DNA of 56,911 nucleotides, from contig CAZQBL010000008.1 in the NCBI GenBank assembly GCA_964592105.1, positions 1-56,911 on the forward strand, given 5' to 3'. The notes below the pieces were generated by a model. The model searched no databases and had not been told where the DNA came from. It saw only the letters and a list, made by a program, of their open reading frames with translations. Source of the stretch: an uncultured Gammaproteobacteria bacterium (GTDB lineage Bacteria > Patescibacteriota > Patescibacteriia > UBA10025 > JAHIVO01). Shown here piece by piece: positions 38,921-48,189 of this stretch; within the stretch, counting starts at the first letter, position 1; each line of letters begins with the position of its first letter. Position numbers and translations under genes: made by a program.

Positions 38921-40513
38921 ATGTTACAGGCCCTATACAGGACCTACCGTCCGCAGTTTTTTAAGGATTTGGTCGGCCAAAATTCTATCAGAATAACTTT
39001 GGAAAACGAGATTGAGCATAACCGAGTAGCTCATGCCTATTTATTTGCCGGACCACGTGGTGTTGGTAAAACAACCATGGCCCGCCTTTTGGCCAAGGCT
39101 ATTAATTGCGTGGACAGAAAGAAGACTGAGCCTTGCAATTCCTGCGATTTCTGCCAGGAAATTTCTGCCGGGCGTTCTATGGATTTGATCGAAATAGACG
39201 CCGCCTCGCACACCGGCGTGGATAACGTTCGGGAAAACATCATAGAGAACGCCCGTTTTACCCCGCAACGAGCTAAGTTTAAGATTTTCATCATCGACGA
39301 AGTGCACATGCTTTCCGTTTCGGCTTTCAACGCCTTGCTGAAGACGCTGGAAGAGCCGCCGCAACATGTGATTTTTATTTTAGCCACCACGGAAATCCAT
39401 CGTTTACCGGAAACCATCATTTCCCGATGTCAAAGATTCGATTTTAAACGGGTCAGTGTTGATGAATTAGTCAAAAGGTTGCAGTTACTCTGCAAAGCCG
39501 AAAAAGTAAATGTTGATGAGCGGATTTTACTGACAATTGCCCGCAGGTCAGAAGGGTCAGTTCGGGACGCTGAGGTATTACTCGGGCAACTCATGGCTTT
39601 AGGAGAAAAAAATATTACCGAAGCTATGGCGTCTTTGGTCATACCTCGCTCGAATACTAATTTAATATTCGAACTGTTCGGTTATCTGGTTCACAATGAT
39701 GCGCCGTCAGCCGTGGTTGTCATAAATAAATTGGTTGATGAGGGCGTAAACCTTCAGGATTTTACCCGAGATTTGATTGAGTTTATCAGAAAAATTTTAT
39801 TGACAAAACTCGGTAGCGCTTTGGGCGAGTCGGACAATATGGTTCTAGATAAAAAAGACAAAGAAATTTTGAGAAAACAACTGGAACTTGTGACAGTTAG
39901 TCAGTTGACCCGGATGATCGAGATTTTCAGCGCTAAATCCAAAGAATTCAAATATTCTCCGATAATTCAATTGCCCCTGGAATTGGCAGTTTTGGAAATT
40001 ATAGAAGACTATAATGTTTCCGAAGTTAATGTCGTCAAATCAACTCATCCTCCGGTAATAAAACCGCCGTCGGAGTGCATTAAAGACGACGAGACTGTAA
40101 AAAAGCCGACTACAATACCACTGGCCACTAAGACCAAAACCGGTGGTAAATTAGAGATAGCCCAAGTCAGGGTTGCTTGGCAAAAGATTATAAAACAATT
40201 GCAAAAACTCAATCATTCCCTGGCCTTATCTTTGAAAGTCGGGTGCCCTTTATCGATAGAGAGTAATTGCCTGAACATCGGGTTTCGTTATAATTTTCAT
40301 GCGGATAGATTTAAGGACAGGAAAATAAAATCCGCCGTGGAAGAAACTATGGCCAAAGTTCTGGGTGTCGGGGTGGTAGTGAAGACAACTATTGTCTCCC
40401 AGGAAGAGTTTGAAAAAAATACTGTTGAATCAATTTCCGAACCGACCGAGTCAAACAACATCCTGAACAATGTTCTGCAGACTTTTGGCGGCGAGGTCGT
40501 TCTGGAAAAATAA
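38921..40513 (+). CDS. dnaX: DNA polymerase III subunit gamma/tau
   Basis: LYRTYRP, GPRGVGKTT, Zn module, DEVHML, SRC. Confidence 0.97.
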   Translation: MLQALYRTYRPQFFKDLVGQNSIRITLENEIEHNRVAHAYLFAGPRGVGKTTMARLLAKAINCVDRKKTEPCNSCDFCQEISAGRSMDLIEIDAASHTGVDNVRENIIENARFTPQRAKFKIFIIDEVHMLSVSAFNALLKTLEEPPQHVIFILATTEIHRLPETIISRCQRFDFKRVSVDELVKRLQLLCKAEKVNVDERILLTIARRSEGSVRDAEVLLGQLMALGEKNITEAMASLVIPRSNTNLIFELFGYLVHNDAPSAVVVINKLVDEGVNLQDFTRDLIEFIRKILLTKLGSALGESDNMVLDKKDKEILRKQLELVTVSQLTRMIEIFSAKSKEFKYSPIIQLPLELAVLEIIEDYNVSEVNVVKSTHPPVIKPPSECIKDDETVKKPTTIPLATKTKTGGKLEIAQVRVAWQKIIKQLQKLNHSLALSLKVGCPLSIESNCLNIGFRYNFHADRFKDRKIKSAVEETMAKVLGVGVVVKTTIVSQEEFEKNTVESISEPTESNNILNNVLQTFGGEVVLEK

Positions 40514-40632
40514 TTTTTTCAAAAGAGGGTTGTCAAACAATGCTTTTTTTGTTAGTATTGATTTGTTTTCCCGGCAGTAACATCCCAGCCGATATTTAAA
40601 AATTTATTCAAATTTATTATCGTTATTTTTTT

Positions 40633-40703
40633 TCCGAGATCGTCTAATGGTAGGACACCAGGTTCTGGCCCTGGTAATCTAGGTTCGATTCCTGGTCTCG
40701 GAG
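40633..40703 (+). tRNA. tRNA-Gln(CTG)
   Basis: Acceptor TCCGAGA/TCTCGGA, anticodon arm CCAGG-TTCTGGC-CCTGG, T loop TTCGATT. Confidence 0.95.
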
Positions 40704-40853
40704 AAAAGATAACGATATTATCCTAACTATCACGAAGCAGATGTTGCGCCGTTTTACAGATTTTGGGAGAATACATGTAAACTACCGCCTCCAGGCGCGA
40801 CGTTTTGCCTTTTTTAGTGTATACTGATGTTATATAGTTAATAAATATTAAGT

Positions 40854-41208
40854 ATGCTTATATGTTACAATTTATGGTCTTGATACCGGAAAACCAATAA
40901 CCACGCAAATGGTGCGTGATGCTATTGTGCTTTGTTTTGAGCAGGCACATGACCATGTAACCAATGAGTCGTTAAACCCGGTGCTGAAAGATTTTTGGTC
41001 AGAAGGGGTAAAGAAGCCGACCAAGAGTAATGTTGAGGCCATTGTTCGTCGGGCATTTCGTAAATCTGGTGGTGATTTTAATGTTCCTGATAAAGCCAGT
41101 ATAATTGAGGCGATGGATTGGCTAACGGAATTTTCAAAAAAATTTCGTGAACCCGATGTAATTACGAAGCATTATAATTAAACTATTGAATTAGTAAAAA
41201 AATTGTAA
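40854..41208 (+). pseudogene. Hypothetical protein with a probable 5' frameshift and premature stop (intact core 40909-41181)
   Basis: The frame extends upstream as VTIYGLDTGKPITTQ without an in-frame ATG; after TAA 41179-41181 it continues TIELVKKL*. Confidence 0.5.
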
Positions 41209-41241
41209 TTGGAGAAGGAATTTTTGTAATTTTGTCGGGTT

Positions 41242-42126
41242 ATGTTCTCTAAATATTATTTTATTGTGAATCCGGCCGCTGGAGGGGGAAAGCATATTTC
41301 TCGTCTTGTCGAGGTTCAGAATTTTTGCGCACAGCAAAACGTGAATTATGAAATAGTATTAACCAAAGCGCCAAAGCAGGCCACTGAATTGGCTGCCCAG
41401 GCAGCCCGGCGTTATGAGGTGGTGGTAGCAGTCGGCGGTGATGGCACTGTTAACGAAGTGGGTAATGGCTTGATAGATACTCAAGCCGCTTTGGGCATTA
41501 TTCCGGCCGGATCTGGCAACGATTTCAGCAAGGAACTGGGTTACTCCAAAAATATAAAAAAGGATTTACAGCAATTGTTTTTCGGCCGAGTGGCTTATAC
41601 CGATGTGGGTTTGTTGAATAATAAAGTATATTTTTTTAACGCTTTTGGCGTTGGTTTTGACGGGGAAGTGGCAGCGCACGCCCGAGCGTTTATGAAATAC
41701 GGTCGTGGGTTTGCAGGTTATTTATTGTCGGTCTTGAGTACTTTGTTCGGCTATCGTTTTCACAGGGTGCGCATAGCCATAGATTCACATGAGCCGATTG
41801 ACAAAGATATTTTTTTCGTGGCCGTGGCCAATGGTTCGACTTATGGCGGAGGTTTTAATGTGGCCCCCGGGGCAAAGATCAACGATGGTTTTTTCAATAT
41901 TTGCATCGTGGATAAAACCAGCAAGCTGTACGCTTTGCGGCAAATCCCCAAATTCATGAAAGGCAGTCATGTTAATTTACCCGTAGTTCATATCCTAACC
42001 GGAAAGAATATCAACATTTTGGCTGATGATTTTCTTCAGGCTCAGATCGACGGCGAGTTGCCGGAGCGCTCAAAAAATTTTTTTATCAAAATATTGCCTA
42101 AAAAACTAAAGATCATTCGGCCATGA
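41242..42126 (+). CDS. Diacylglycerol kinase family lipid kinase (YegS/DgkB-like)
   Basis: NPAAGGG, GGDGTVNEV, PAGSGNDF, YGGG, QIDGE. Confidence 0.93.
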   Translation: MFSKYYFIVNPAAGGGKHISRLVEVQNFCAQQNVNYEIVLTKAPKQATELAAQAARRYEVVVAVGGDGTVNEVGNGLIDTQAALGIIPAGSGNDFSKELGYSKNIKKDLQQLFFGRVAYTDVGLLNNKVYFFNAFGVGFDGEVAAHARAFMKYGRGFAGYLLSVLSTLFGYRFHRVRIAIDSHEPIDKDIFFVAVANGSTYGGGFNVAPGAKINDGFFNICIVDKTSKLYALRQIPKFMKGSHVNLPVVHILTGKNINILADDFLQAQIDGELPERSKNFFIKILPKKLKIIRP

Positions 42127-43103
42127 AATCAGTTTTAGACAAAAAGAACAAACTGGACGATTTATTTACCACCGGCCGGACGGCCAAAGATTTGTATAGT
42201 TATATTTTGTCCATCGAATATTTGCTCAAAAAGCAGCAACAGTCCGGCCGTGGCTTGCTGAAGGAGAAAATATGGCAGATAAAATCAGATAAGATGTTTT
42301 GCGATTGGCCGGTGGTTTATTTGCCGCCTCAAGGCGAGGCAATAATCATCGGTGATACTCACGGTGATTCCGAGGCGGTTCGGGCCATAGTTCGTCAGGA
42401 AAATTTTGTGGAAAAAATCAACAAGGGACAGGAAGTTAAAATAATTTTTCTGGGAGATTATGCTGATCGGGGTCTGGCGGATATTAAAAATCTTGAAACC
42501 ATTATGTCGCTAGTGAGACTTTATCCTAAAAATGTTATTTTATTGCGCGGCAATCATGAAGAAGTTAATGTTGGGCAATATTACGGTTTTTTTGGTTCTT
42601 GCCTTAAACAGTTCGGTTTTGAAGACGGACAGATGATATTCAACGAGTTCAATGATCTTTTCGAAAAAATGCCGGTCGTAGCTGTAGCCGGCAACGGCTT
42701 AGTCGCCCTTCATGGCGGCGTGCCGACTCCATCGATTAACACGCTTTATGATCTTCAGGACGAGGAAAATGCTGTCGAAATGCGCTGGAACGATCCTACG
42801 GAAGAAATAGATAATTATGCTCACAATTATAAACGCGGTTGTTACTTCCTGTTCGGTAAAAAGGTTTTTAATGATTTTATGTCCGCAGTGGGCGGCACGG
42901 TACTAGTTCGTTCCCATGAATACACCGCTCGCGGCTATAAATTATTATTTGATGGCCGGCTACTGACTATTTTTTCCAACGGCGGCAAAAGCAAGGAGAG
43001 TGGGTATAGGGATTTTATCCTCTCGCCAAAATATGCGAAACTTGACCTAAGCAAGCCGATAAATCGCTGGGTTGACGAAAACATCAAAGCCGTTGAGTAT
43101 TAA
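42123..43103 (+). CDS. PPP-family Ser/Thr protein phosphatase
   Basis: GDTHG, GDYADRG, RGNHE, HGG, WNDP, RSHE, TIFS. Confidence 0.9.
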   Translation: MKSVLDKKNKLDDLFTTGRTAKDLYSYILSIEYLLKKQQQSGRGLLKEKIWQIKSDKMFCDWPVVYLPPQGEAIIIGDTHGDSEAVRAIVRQENFVEKINKGQEVKIIFLGDYADRGLADIKNLETIMSLVRLYPKNVILLRGNHEEVNVGQYYGFFGSCLKQFGFEDGQMIFNEFNDLFEKMPVVAVAGNGLVALHGGVPTPSINTLYDLQDEENAVEMRWNDPTEEIDNYAHNYKRGCYFLFGKKVFNDFMSAVGGTVLVRSHEYTARGYKLLFDGRLLTIFSNGGKSKESGYRDFILSPKYAKLDLSKPINRWVDENIKAVEY

Positions 43104-43489
43104 ATTGGGTAGTTGTTTGGAAAAAATTGCCACTGATTTAAGGCTGTTGGCTATCGTGTTTGTTGTGAGGCATAGGAGCCGCGCAAGCCGAAACAGAAAG
43201 GGTTTTCGGCGATGCCCCATAAGATCAATACTTTTTTACTGGAGCGTATCTGCGGCATGGCCATAATGCTTTGCGGTTAGGAGGTGCTGGGGTAGGAGCT
43301 CATCTTCGGAAATGATTGAGGCTGTGGAGCTTGATAGCTATTTTGATTTCAAACTGCAGCAAAGTTCATGACCAGAGGTTGCTATTAGGCGAATGAGCCT
43401 CGATCCTTCGCTGGCACTACCACCGAACTGTTAGTTTTCAAACACAAAAACACCCACCTTGGTTGTGCTTAGGTAAGTTTTTCAAATAA

Positions 43490-43533
43490 AAATCCCCGCC
43501 ATTCATTATGACATAACGTGTTTGGCGGGGAAT
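43490..43533. terminator. Hairpin/terminator ending the minus-strand tRNA-Pro and small-ORF unit
   Basis: TCCCCGCCA...TGGCGGGGA with an A-run on the left. Confidence 0.55.
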
Positions 43534-43537
43534 AACT

Positions 43538-43756
43538 TTAGGATTCTATTTGAATTTTGGCCGGTGTGTTCTTGGGGACACGCATTCGTCTGTCCTGAGG
43601 AGTCCAGATCAGAGCGCTGTTGTGATCAAAGCCCACTAAATTGCCCGCCAGGGGCGTGCCATTCAGGTAGAAAAATACAGGAATTCTCGCTATTCCACCT
43701 GAGCCTGTGCGAACTTTTAGATTTTCTAAGGTAGTTTTTGGAACACTATTTTCCAT
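43538..43756 (-). CDS. Small orphan protein
   Basis: SD GAGGGG before ATG 43756 (MENSVPKTT...). Confidence 0.55.
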   Translation of the reverse strand: MENSVPKTTLENLKVRTGSGGIARIPVFFYLNGTPLAGNLVGFDHNSALIWTPQDRRMRVPKNTPAKIQIES

Positions 43757-43884
43757 TTTCCCCTCTACAATTAGCAATATAAATTTCAGAAATTTCAGAA
43801 TGAGTAAGGACGTATTTGGGTGATGCTAATTTAGGGGGCTTTGGTAAAGATCAATTAATCCCTCCTTTCGGCTTTTTGGCCGAT

Positions 43885-44127
43885 TTATAATCGGCTTAGG
43901 AATGATTGGGAATTTTTTTGCGGGAAAGCCGAAGTTTTTCTCTTTCTGATTGACGGTAGCGGTCTATTCGGGTCTCCCGCCCGAGCTAGAAAATCAGCCA
44001 TTCGTTTGTTGCATTCTTCAGGTGAGATAGGGGGAGACGAGATAGGGGCAGTTTTTTTTCCTTTCCTCAGCGGCGATAGTATATTAGGATCACCTAATGC
44101 CGCTAAAAAACGTGCCTGCTGATCCAT
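43885..44127 (-). CDS. Small basic orphan protein with an internal duplication
   Basis: SD AAGGAGGT; FLAALGDPN and FLARAGDPN repeats. Confidence 0.65.
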   Translation of the reverse strand: MDQQARFLAALGDPNILSPLRKGKKTAPISSPPISPEECNKRMADFLARAGDPNRPLPSIRKRKTSAFPQKNSQSFLSRL

Positions 44128-44225
44128 GGTAACCTCCTTTTTTGGTTTTTTTATTATTATTTTTTTTATAAATAATGGGTTGCCAACATTTTTCTAATCC
44201 ATGCAAACCACTGTTTATAAAAATC

Positions 44226-44299
44226 TCGGGGTAGTGGGACTTGAACCCACGACCTCAGCGTCCCGAACGCTGCGCGCTAGCCAACTGCGCTATACCCCG
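44226..44299 (-). tRNA. tRNA-Pro(CGG)
   Basis: Reverse complement: acceptor CGGGGTA/TACCCCG, anticodon arm CAGCG-TTCGGGA-CGCTG, T arm GTGGG-TTCAAGT-CCCAC. Confidence 0.95.
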
Positions 44300-44470
44300 T
44301 TAATTCGGGGTAATATTAGCATGGAATTTGGCAAAAATAAAGATTATAAGGATTTAAAATTAAAAATTATATAATATTATATAATAATACAACTGGAAAT
44401 ATTAACAAAATTGTAGAAATTTGTCAAGAGTTTTTATAAGTAGTAATAAAGTGGTAAAATTAAGGTGATT

Positions 44471-45217
44471 ATGAAAGTCAAGGCCATAAAAACATGTTTA
44501 ATGCGGCTGCCGAAGGATGACTTATTTGAGGTTATTGATAAGTACATCAAACATCTGCCCGATCGGAGTATTGTGGTGGTAGCTTCCAAAGTAGTCAGCC
44601 TGCATCAGGGCCGGTGCATTTTAAAATCAAAAGTGCTGCATAAGGATGAGCTGATAAAAAAAGAAGCTGACCGCTATCTGCCGCGGGAGATGACGCCAAA
44701 CCGGGCGGCAGTTTTAACGATAAAAAACAATATATTGATTCCCACGGCCGGAATTGATGAATCAAACGCGGATGGATATTATGTTCTCTGGCCAAAGCGA
44801 CCGGATAAGGCCGCCAGGGAAATTCATAATTTTTTACGGAGGAAATACAAAACTAAAAATTTTGGAGTGTTGATTATTGACAGTCATACCGTACCTCTCA
44901 GACGCGGTGTCATGGGCGTGGCCCTAGGCTATTTTGGTTTCGTCCCCATCAGAGATTATCGCGGTCAGAAAGATCTGTTCGGCCGGAAGTTTAAAATGTC
45001 CACAGTGGATGTGGCTGACTGTTTGGCCAGTGCGGCCATGCTGGTCATGGGGGAGGGGAGCGAGTGCAGACCGTTAGCTCTGATCGAGGAGGTGCCTTTC
45101 ATTCAGTTTACGGCTAAACCATACCGGCCGGAAAAAAGAAGGTCGTCTTTGGAGATACATTGGAAAGAGGATTTATACGGCCCATTATTACGGAGTGTTA
45201 AATGGCAGAAGAAATAA
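44471..45217 (+). CDS. CofE-like (F420-0:gamma-glutamyl ligase family) protein
   Basis: SKVVS, AGIDESN, DSHTVPLRRG, DYRG.KDLFGR, MGEG.E..P. Confidence 0.85.
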   Translation: MKVKAIKTCLMRLPKDDLFEVIDKYIKHLPDRSIVVVASKVVSLHQGRCILKSKVLHKDELIKKEADRYLPREMTPNRAAVLTIKNNILIPTAGIDESNADGYYVLWPKRPDKAAREIHNFLRRKYKTKNFGVLIIDSHTVPLRRGVMGVALGYFGFVPIRDYRGQKDLFGRKFKMSTVDVADCLASAAMLVMGEGSECRPLALIEEVPFIQFTAKPYRPEKRRSSLEIHWKEDLYGPLLRSVKWQKK

Positions 45218-45225
45218 GTAATAAT

Positions 45226-45741
45226 ATGAGAAGTGCAACAAAATTTTTATTACGGCCGTTTCGAAAATCAGACGATAAAATTCTGGCACGGAGAATAAAT
45301 GACTGGAGTATCTATCGATACACAATGAATATCCCTTATCCATATTCAGTGCGGGATGCGAGAAAATTTCTTAGAAAGGTGATTGCCCAATATCGTCAGA
45401 GATCATCAATGGGTTTACATCTGGTTATTGACATAGACGACGAACTGGCCGGTAGCGTTAGTTTGGTGAAAATCGAAAAAGGCCATAAGGCGGAACTTGG
45501 GTATTGGCTAGCTAAAGAATATCGCGGACAGGGGATTGTGTCACGGGCAGTCGCTGAGATGGTGAAAATCGGGTTTAATAAGTTGAAACTGAAGAAAATC
45601 TACGCCTATGTTTTCACTAATAATACCGCGTCATATCGTGTGTTGGTAAAAAACGGCTTTAAAAAAGAGGGGCTGCTGATTCAACATGTTAAAAAGAATG
45701 GCAAACTAAAAGACGAATATATATTGGCTAAATATGCCTAG
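45226..45741 (+). CDS. GNAT acetyltransferase (RimJ/RimL family)
   Basis: LRPF, AELGYWL...YRGQG, N.AS.RVL.KNGF..EG. Confidence 0.9.
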   Translation: MRSATKFLLRPFRKSDDKILARRINDWSIYRYTMNIPYPYSVRDARKFLRKVIAQYRQRSSMGLHLVIDIDDELAGSVSLVKIEKGHKAELGYWLAKEYRGQGIVSRAVAEMVKIGFNKLKLKKIYAYVFTNNTASYRVLVKNGFKKEGLLIQHVKKNGKLKDEYILAKYA

Positions 45742-47041
45742 TATGACGAATGCCAAGTCAAAAAAAGATTTATTTGATGCCCAGTTGGAACATCGTTTGC
45801 AGTATGAGGCGCCGTTGGCCGATCGCATCCGTCCGGAGAAGCTGGAGGATTTTGTCGGGCAGGAAGATATCATTGGGGAGGGAAAATTATTGCGCCGGGC
45901 TATTGAGAACGACGAATTATTTTCCATCATCTTCTGGGGACCACCTGGATCGGGGAAAACCACATTGGCTCGCCTTATCGCTAAAGTAACAAAATCGTAT
46001 TTTGTGCAGATCAGCGCCGTCAGTTCCGGTTTGGCTGATCTGCGGCAGATTGTCAAAGAAGCTACTGAGCGCCGCAAGCTGTACAATGAACGGACGATTT
46101 TATTCGTGGACGAAATACACCGTTGGAACAAAGCACAGCAGGATTCTTTTTTGCCGTATGTGGAAAATGGGACGATTACCCTGATTGGCGCGACTACGGA
46201 AAATCCTTCTTTTGAGGTTATCTCACCCTTGCTGTCGCGGTCTAGGGTTTTCGTGATGAATAGGCACGGAGTACCAGAACTCTCTAAAATCGTTAAAAAG
46301 GCCCTATTGGACAAGACTCGTGGTTTAGGCGGGTTTCGGGTCAAAATCGCGCCTAAAGCCTTAGATTTGCTTTTAGAGGGGTCTAATGGGGACGCCAGGA
46401 CAGCCCTGAATGCCCTGGAAATAGCCGTCAAAGTGACTAAGGCCGATAAACAGGGGATCAAACATATTCATCTCTCTACCATGGAAGATGCTCTGCAGCA
46501 TCGTGCTTTACAGTATGATAAAAAGGGCGAGGAGCATTATAACGTCATTTCCGCTTTTATAAAATCCATGCGCGGCAGCGATCCCGACGCAACTTTGTAT
46601 TGGCTGAATAGAATGATTGAGGGAGGTGATGATCCGCTTTTCATTGCCAGGCGGATGGTTATTTTTGCTTCCGAAGATATTAGTTTAGCTGATGCGAATG
46701 CTTTGCCTCTGGCTATTGCTTGCCTGCAGGCTTGTGATTTGATCGGTTTGCCGGAGTGTCAGATTAATTTGGCGCACTGTGCTGTTTATTTAGCTCTGGC
46801 GCCAAAAAATAACACCGCTTACCAAGGCTTAATGGCAGCTAAACAAGATGTTAAGGAGACCTTGAATGAGCCCGTTCCGTTACATTTGCGTAATGCCGTG
46901 ACTGATTTGATGAAAGATTTAGGATATCACAAAGGTTATAAGTATTCACATGATTTTACTAAGGAGAATGGACGACAGGATTATTTGCCTAAGAAGTTGC
47001 TGGGAAGAAAATATTTTAAATCAAAAAAATCGGAAAGTTAA
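45734..47041 (+). CDS. rarA: Replication-associated recombination protein A (RarA/MgsA)
   Basis: PLADRIRP, GPPGSGKTT, DEIHRWNKAQQD, GATTENP, SAFIKSMRGSD, PLHLRNA. Confidence 0.95.
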   Translation: MPSMTNAKSKKDLFDAQLEHRLQYEAPLADRIRPEKLEDFVGQEDIIGEGKLLRRAIENDELFSIIFWGPPGSGKTTLARLIAKVTKSYFVQISAVSSGLADLRQIVKEATERRKLYNERTILFVDEIHRWNKAQQDSFLPYVENGTITLIGATTENPSFEVISPLLSRSRVFVMNRHGVPELSKIVKKALLDKTRGLGGFRVKIAPKALDLLLEGSNGDARTALNALEIAVKVTKADKQGIKHIHLSTMEDALQHRALQYDKKGEEHYNVISAFIKSMRGSDPDATLYWLNRMIEGGDDPLFIARRMVIFASEDISLADANALPLAIACLQACDLIGLPECQINLAHCAVYLALAPKNNTAYQGLMAAKQDVKETLNEPVPLHLRNAVTDLMKDLGYHKGYKYSHDFTKENGRQDYLPKKLLGRKYFKSKKSES

Positions 47042-47225
47042 TTATTTACATAAGTTTTGAAAGTTGAGGCGTTTTTGCCTCGGTTGTCAGTTAAGGTCCA
47101 AAGGCCTCGGTCGCCCACCATACATAACATTACGATTTCGTACTTCTATATCGAGTGACATCTATAACTTTTGTGAGCTAGGTATTAGTGGTAAAATAAA
47201 AATAGATGATATTGATTAATAATTT

Positions 47226-47795
47226 ATGGCTAAAATTGAAATATTAGTTCAAGGGTATGTATGCAAAGAGGACCAGGCAAAGCGAGCCAGCTCCTCAGCT
47301 GTTTTGGTGCAGGAAAAAGATATAAATATTATTGTTGATCCGGGGATGGCCAAGGAGGCTTTGGCCGCGGGTTTGCAAAAAGTCGGATTGAAGCCGGAAG
47401 ATATTCAGTATGTTTTTTTAACTCATTACCATCTCGATCACGCCTATGGTGTTGCTTGGTTTCCGATTGCCAAAGTCATTGATTATGAAATGGTGTATAA
47501 TGGCGATAAAATGTTTCTGCATGATGGTTTTATTCCTGATACAGAGTTGGCCATTATGCATACGCCAGGACATGCCGCGGAACATTGTTCGTTGGTAGCG
47601 CCGACCGACAAGGGTATGGTAGTTGTCAGCGGTGATGTATTTTGGTGGAGTGACGGTGAGGAACAGAGAATCGATATCCATAGTCCAGATTTGTATGGCA
47701 AAAATCAAAAATTATTGGAGGAAAGTCGGGCCAAGGTCTTGAAATTAGCTGATTTTATAATTCCTGGACACGGTTCCATTATTAAGCTAAAATAA
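47226..47795 (+). CDS. MBL-fold metallo-hydrolase
   Basis: THYHLDH, TPGH, GD, PGHG. Confidence 0.9.
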   Translation: MAKIEILVQGYVCKEDQAKRASSSAVLVQEKDINIIVDPGMAKEALAAGLQKVGLKPEDIQYVFLTHYHLDHAYGVAWFPIAKVIDYEMVYNGDKMFLHDGFIPDTELAIMHTPGHAAEHCSLVAPTDKGMVVVSGDVFWWSDGEEQRIDIHSPDLYGKNQKLLEESRAKVLKLADFIIPGHGSIIKLK

Positions 47796-47845
47796 TTTTA
47801 GCTAGATCAGAATTTAGAATATAAATATTAAGAAAGGCTAATATT

Positions 47846-47980
47846 ATGAACGGAGAACAACCGATGCAGCAGCCGACCCAACCAGCGTCTCAGGAGCCGA
47901 AAAAAAACAAGGCCATGGCTTGGGTTATCGCTCTAGTGGTGGTTATTATCATTGCTGTAGTTATTTGGCTGCTGGTATAA
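47846..47980 (+). CDS. Small tail-anchored membrane protein (44 aa), not in the ORF track
   Basis: MNGEQPMQQPTQPASQEPKKNKAMAWVIALVVVIIIAVVIWLLV*; AGAAAGG upstream; hairpin downstream. Confidence 0.65.
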   Translation: MNGEQPMQQPTQPASQEPKKNKAMAWVIALVVVIIIAVVIWLLV

Positions 47981-48189
47981 AAGATATACTTCAAATTTGG
48001 AAAATCAGGGCAAAAATGATAGTATTTAGTCATTAAGCCTTGATTTTATTTTAGTGGTAATGACGCGTTTGTTACATCGCGTGAAATCAGGGGGGGTTTC
48101 TATCATTGCTTAAGCCCTTTAAACATAGATGTACTGACTTTACTTGATATGATGATGAGAATTTGGTACACATTCAGCGATAAACGCAT

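Noticed and set aside
44471-45217. F420 biosynthesis
   Set aside because: Only a CofE-like ligase is present, with no other cof/fbi genes; the family also occurs in organisms without F420
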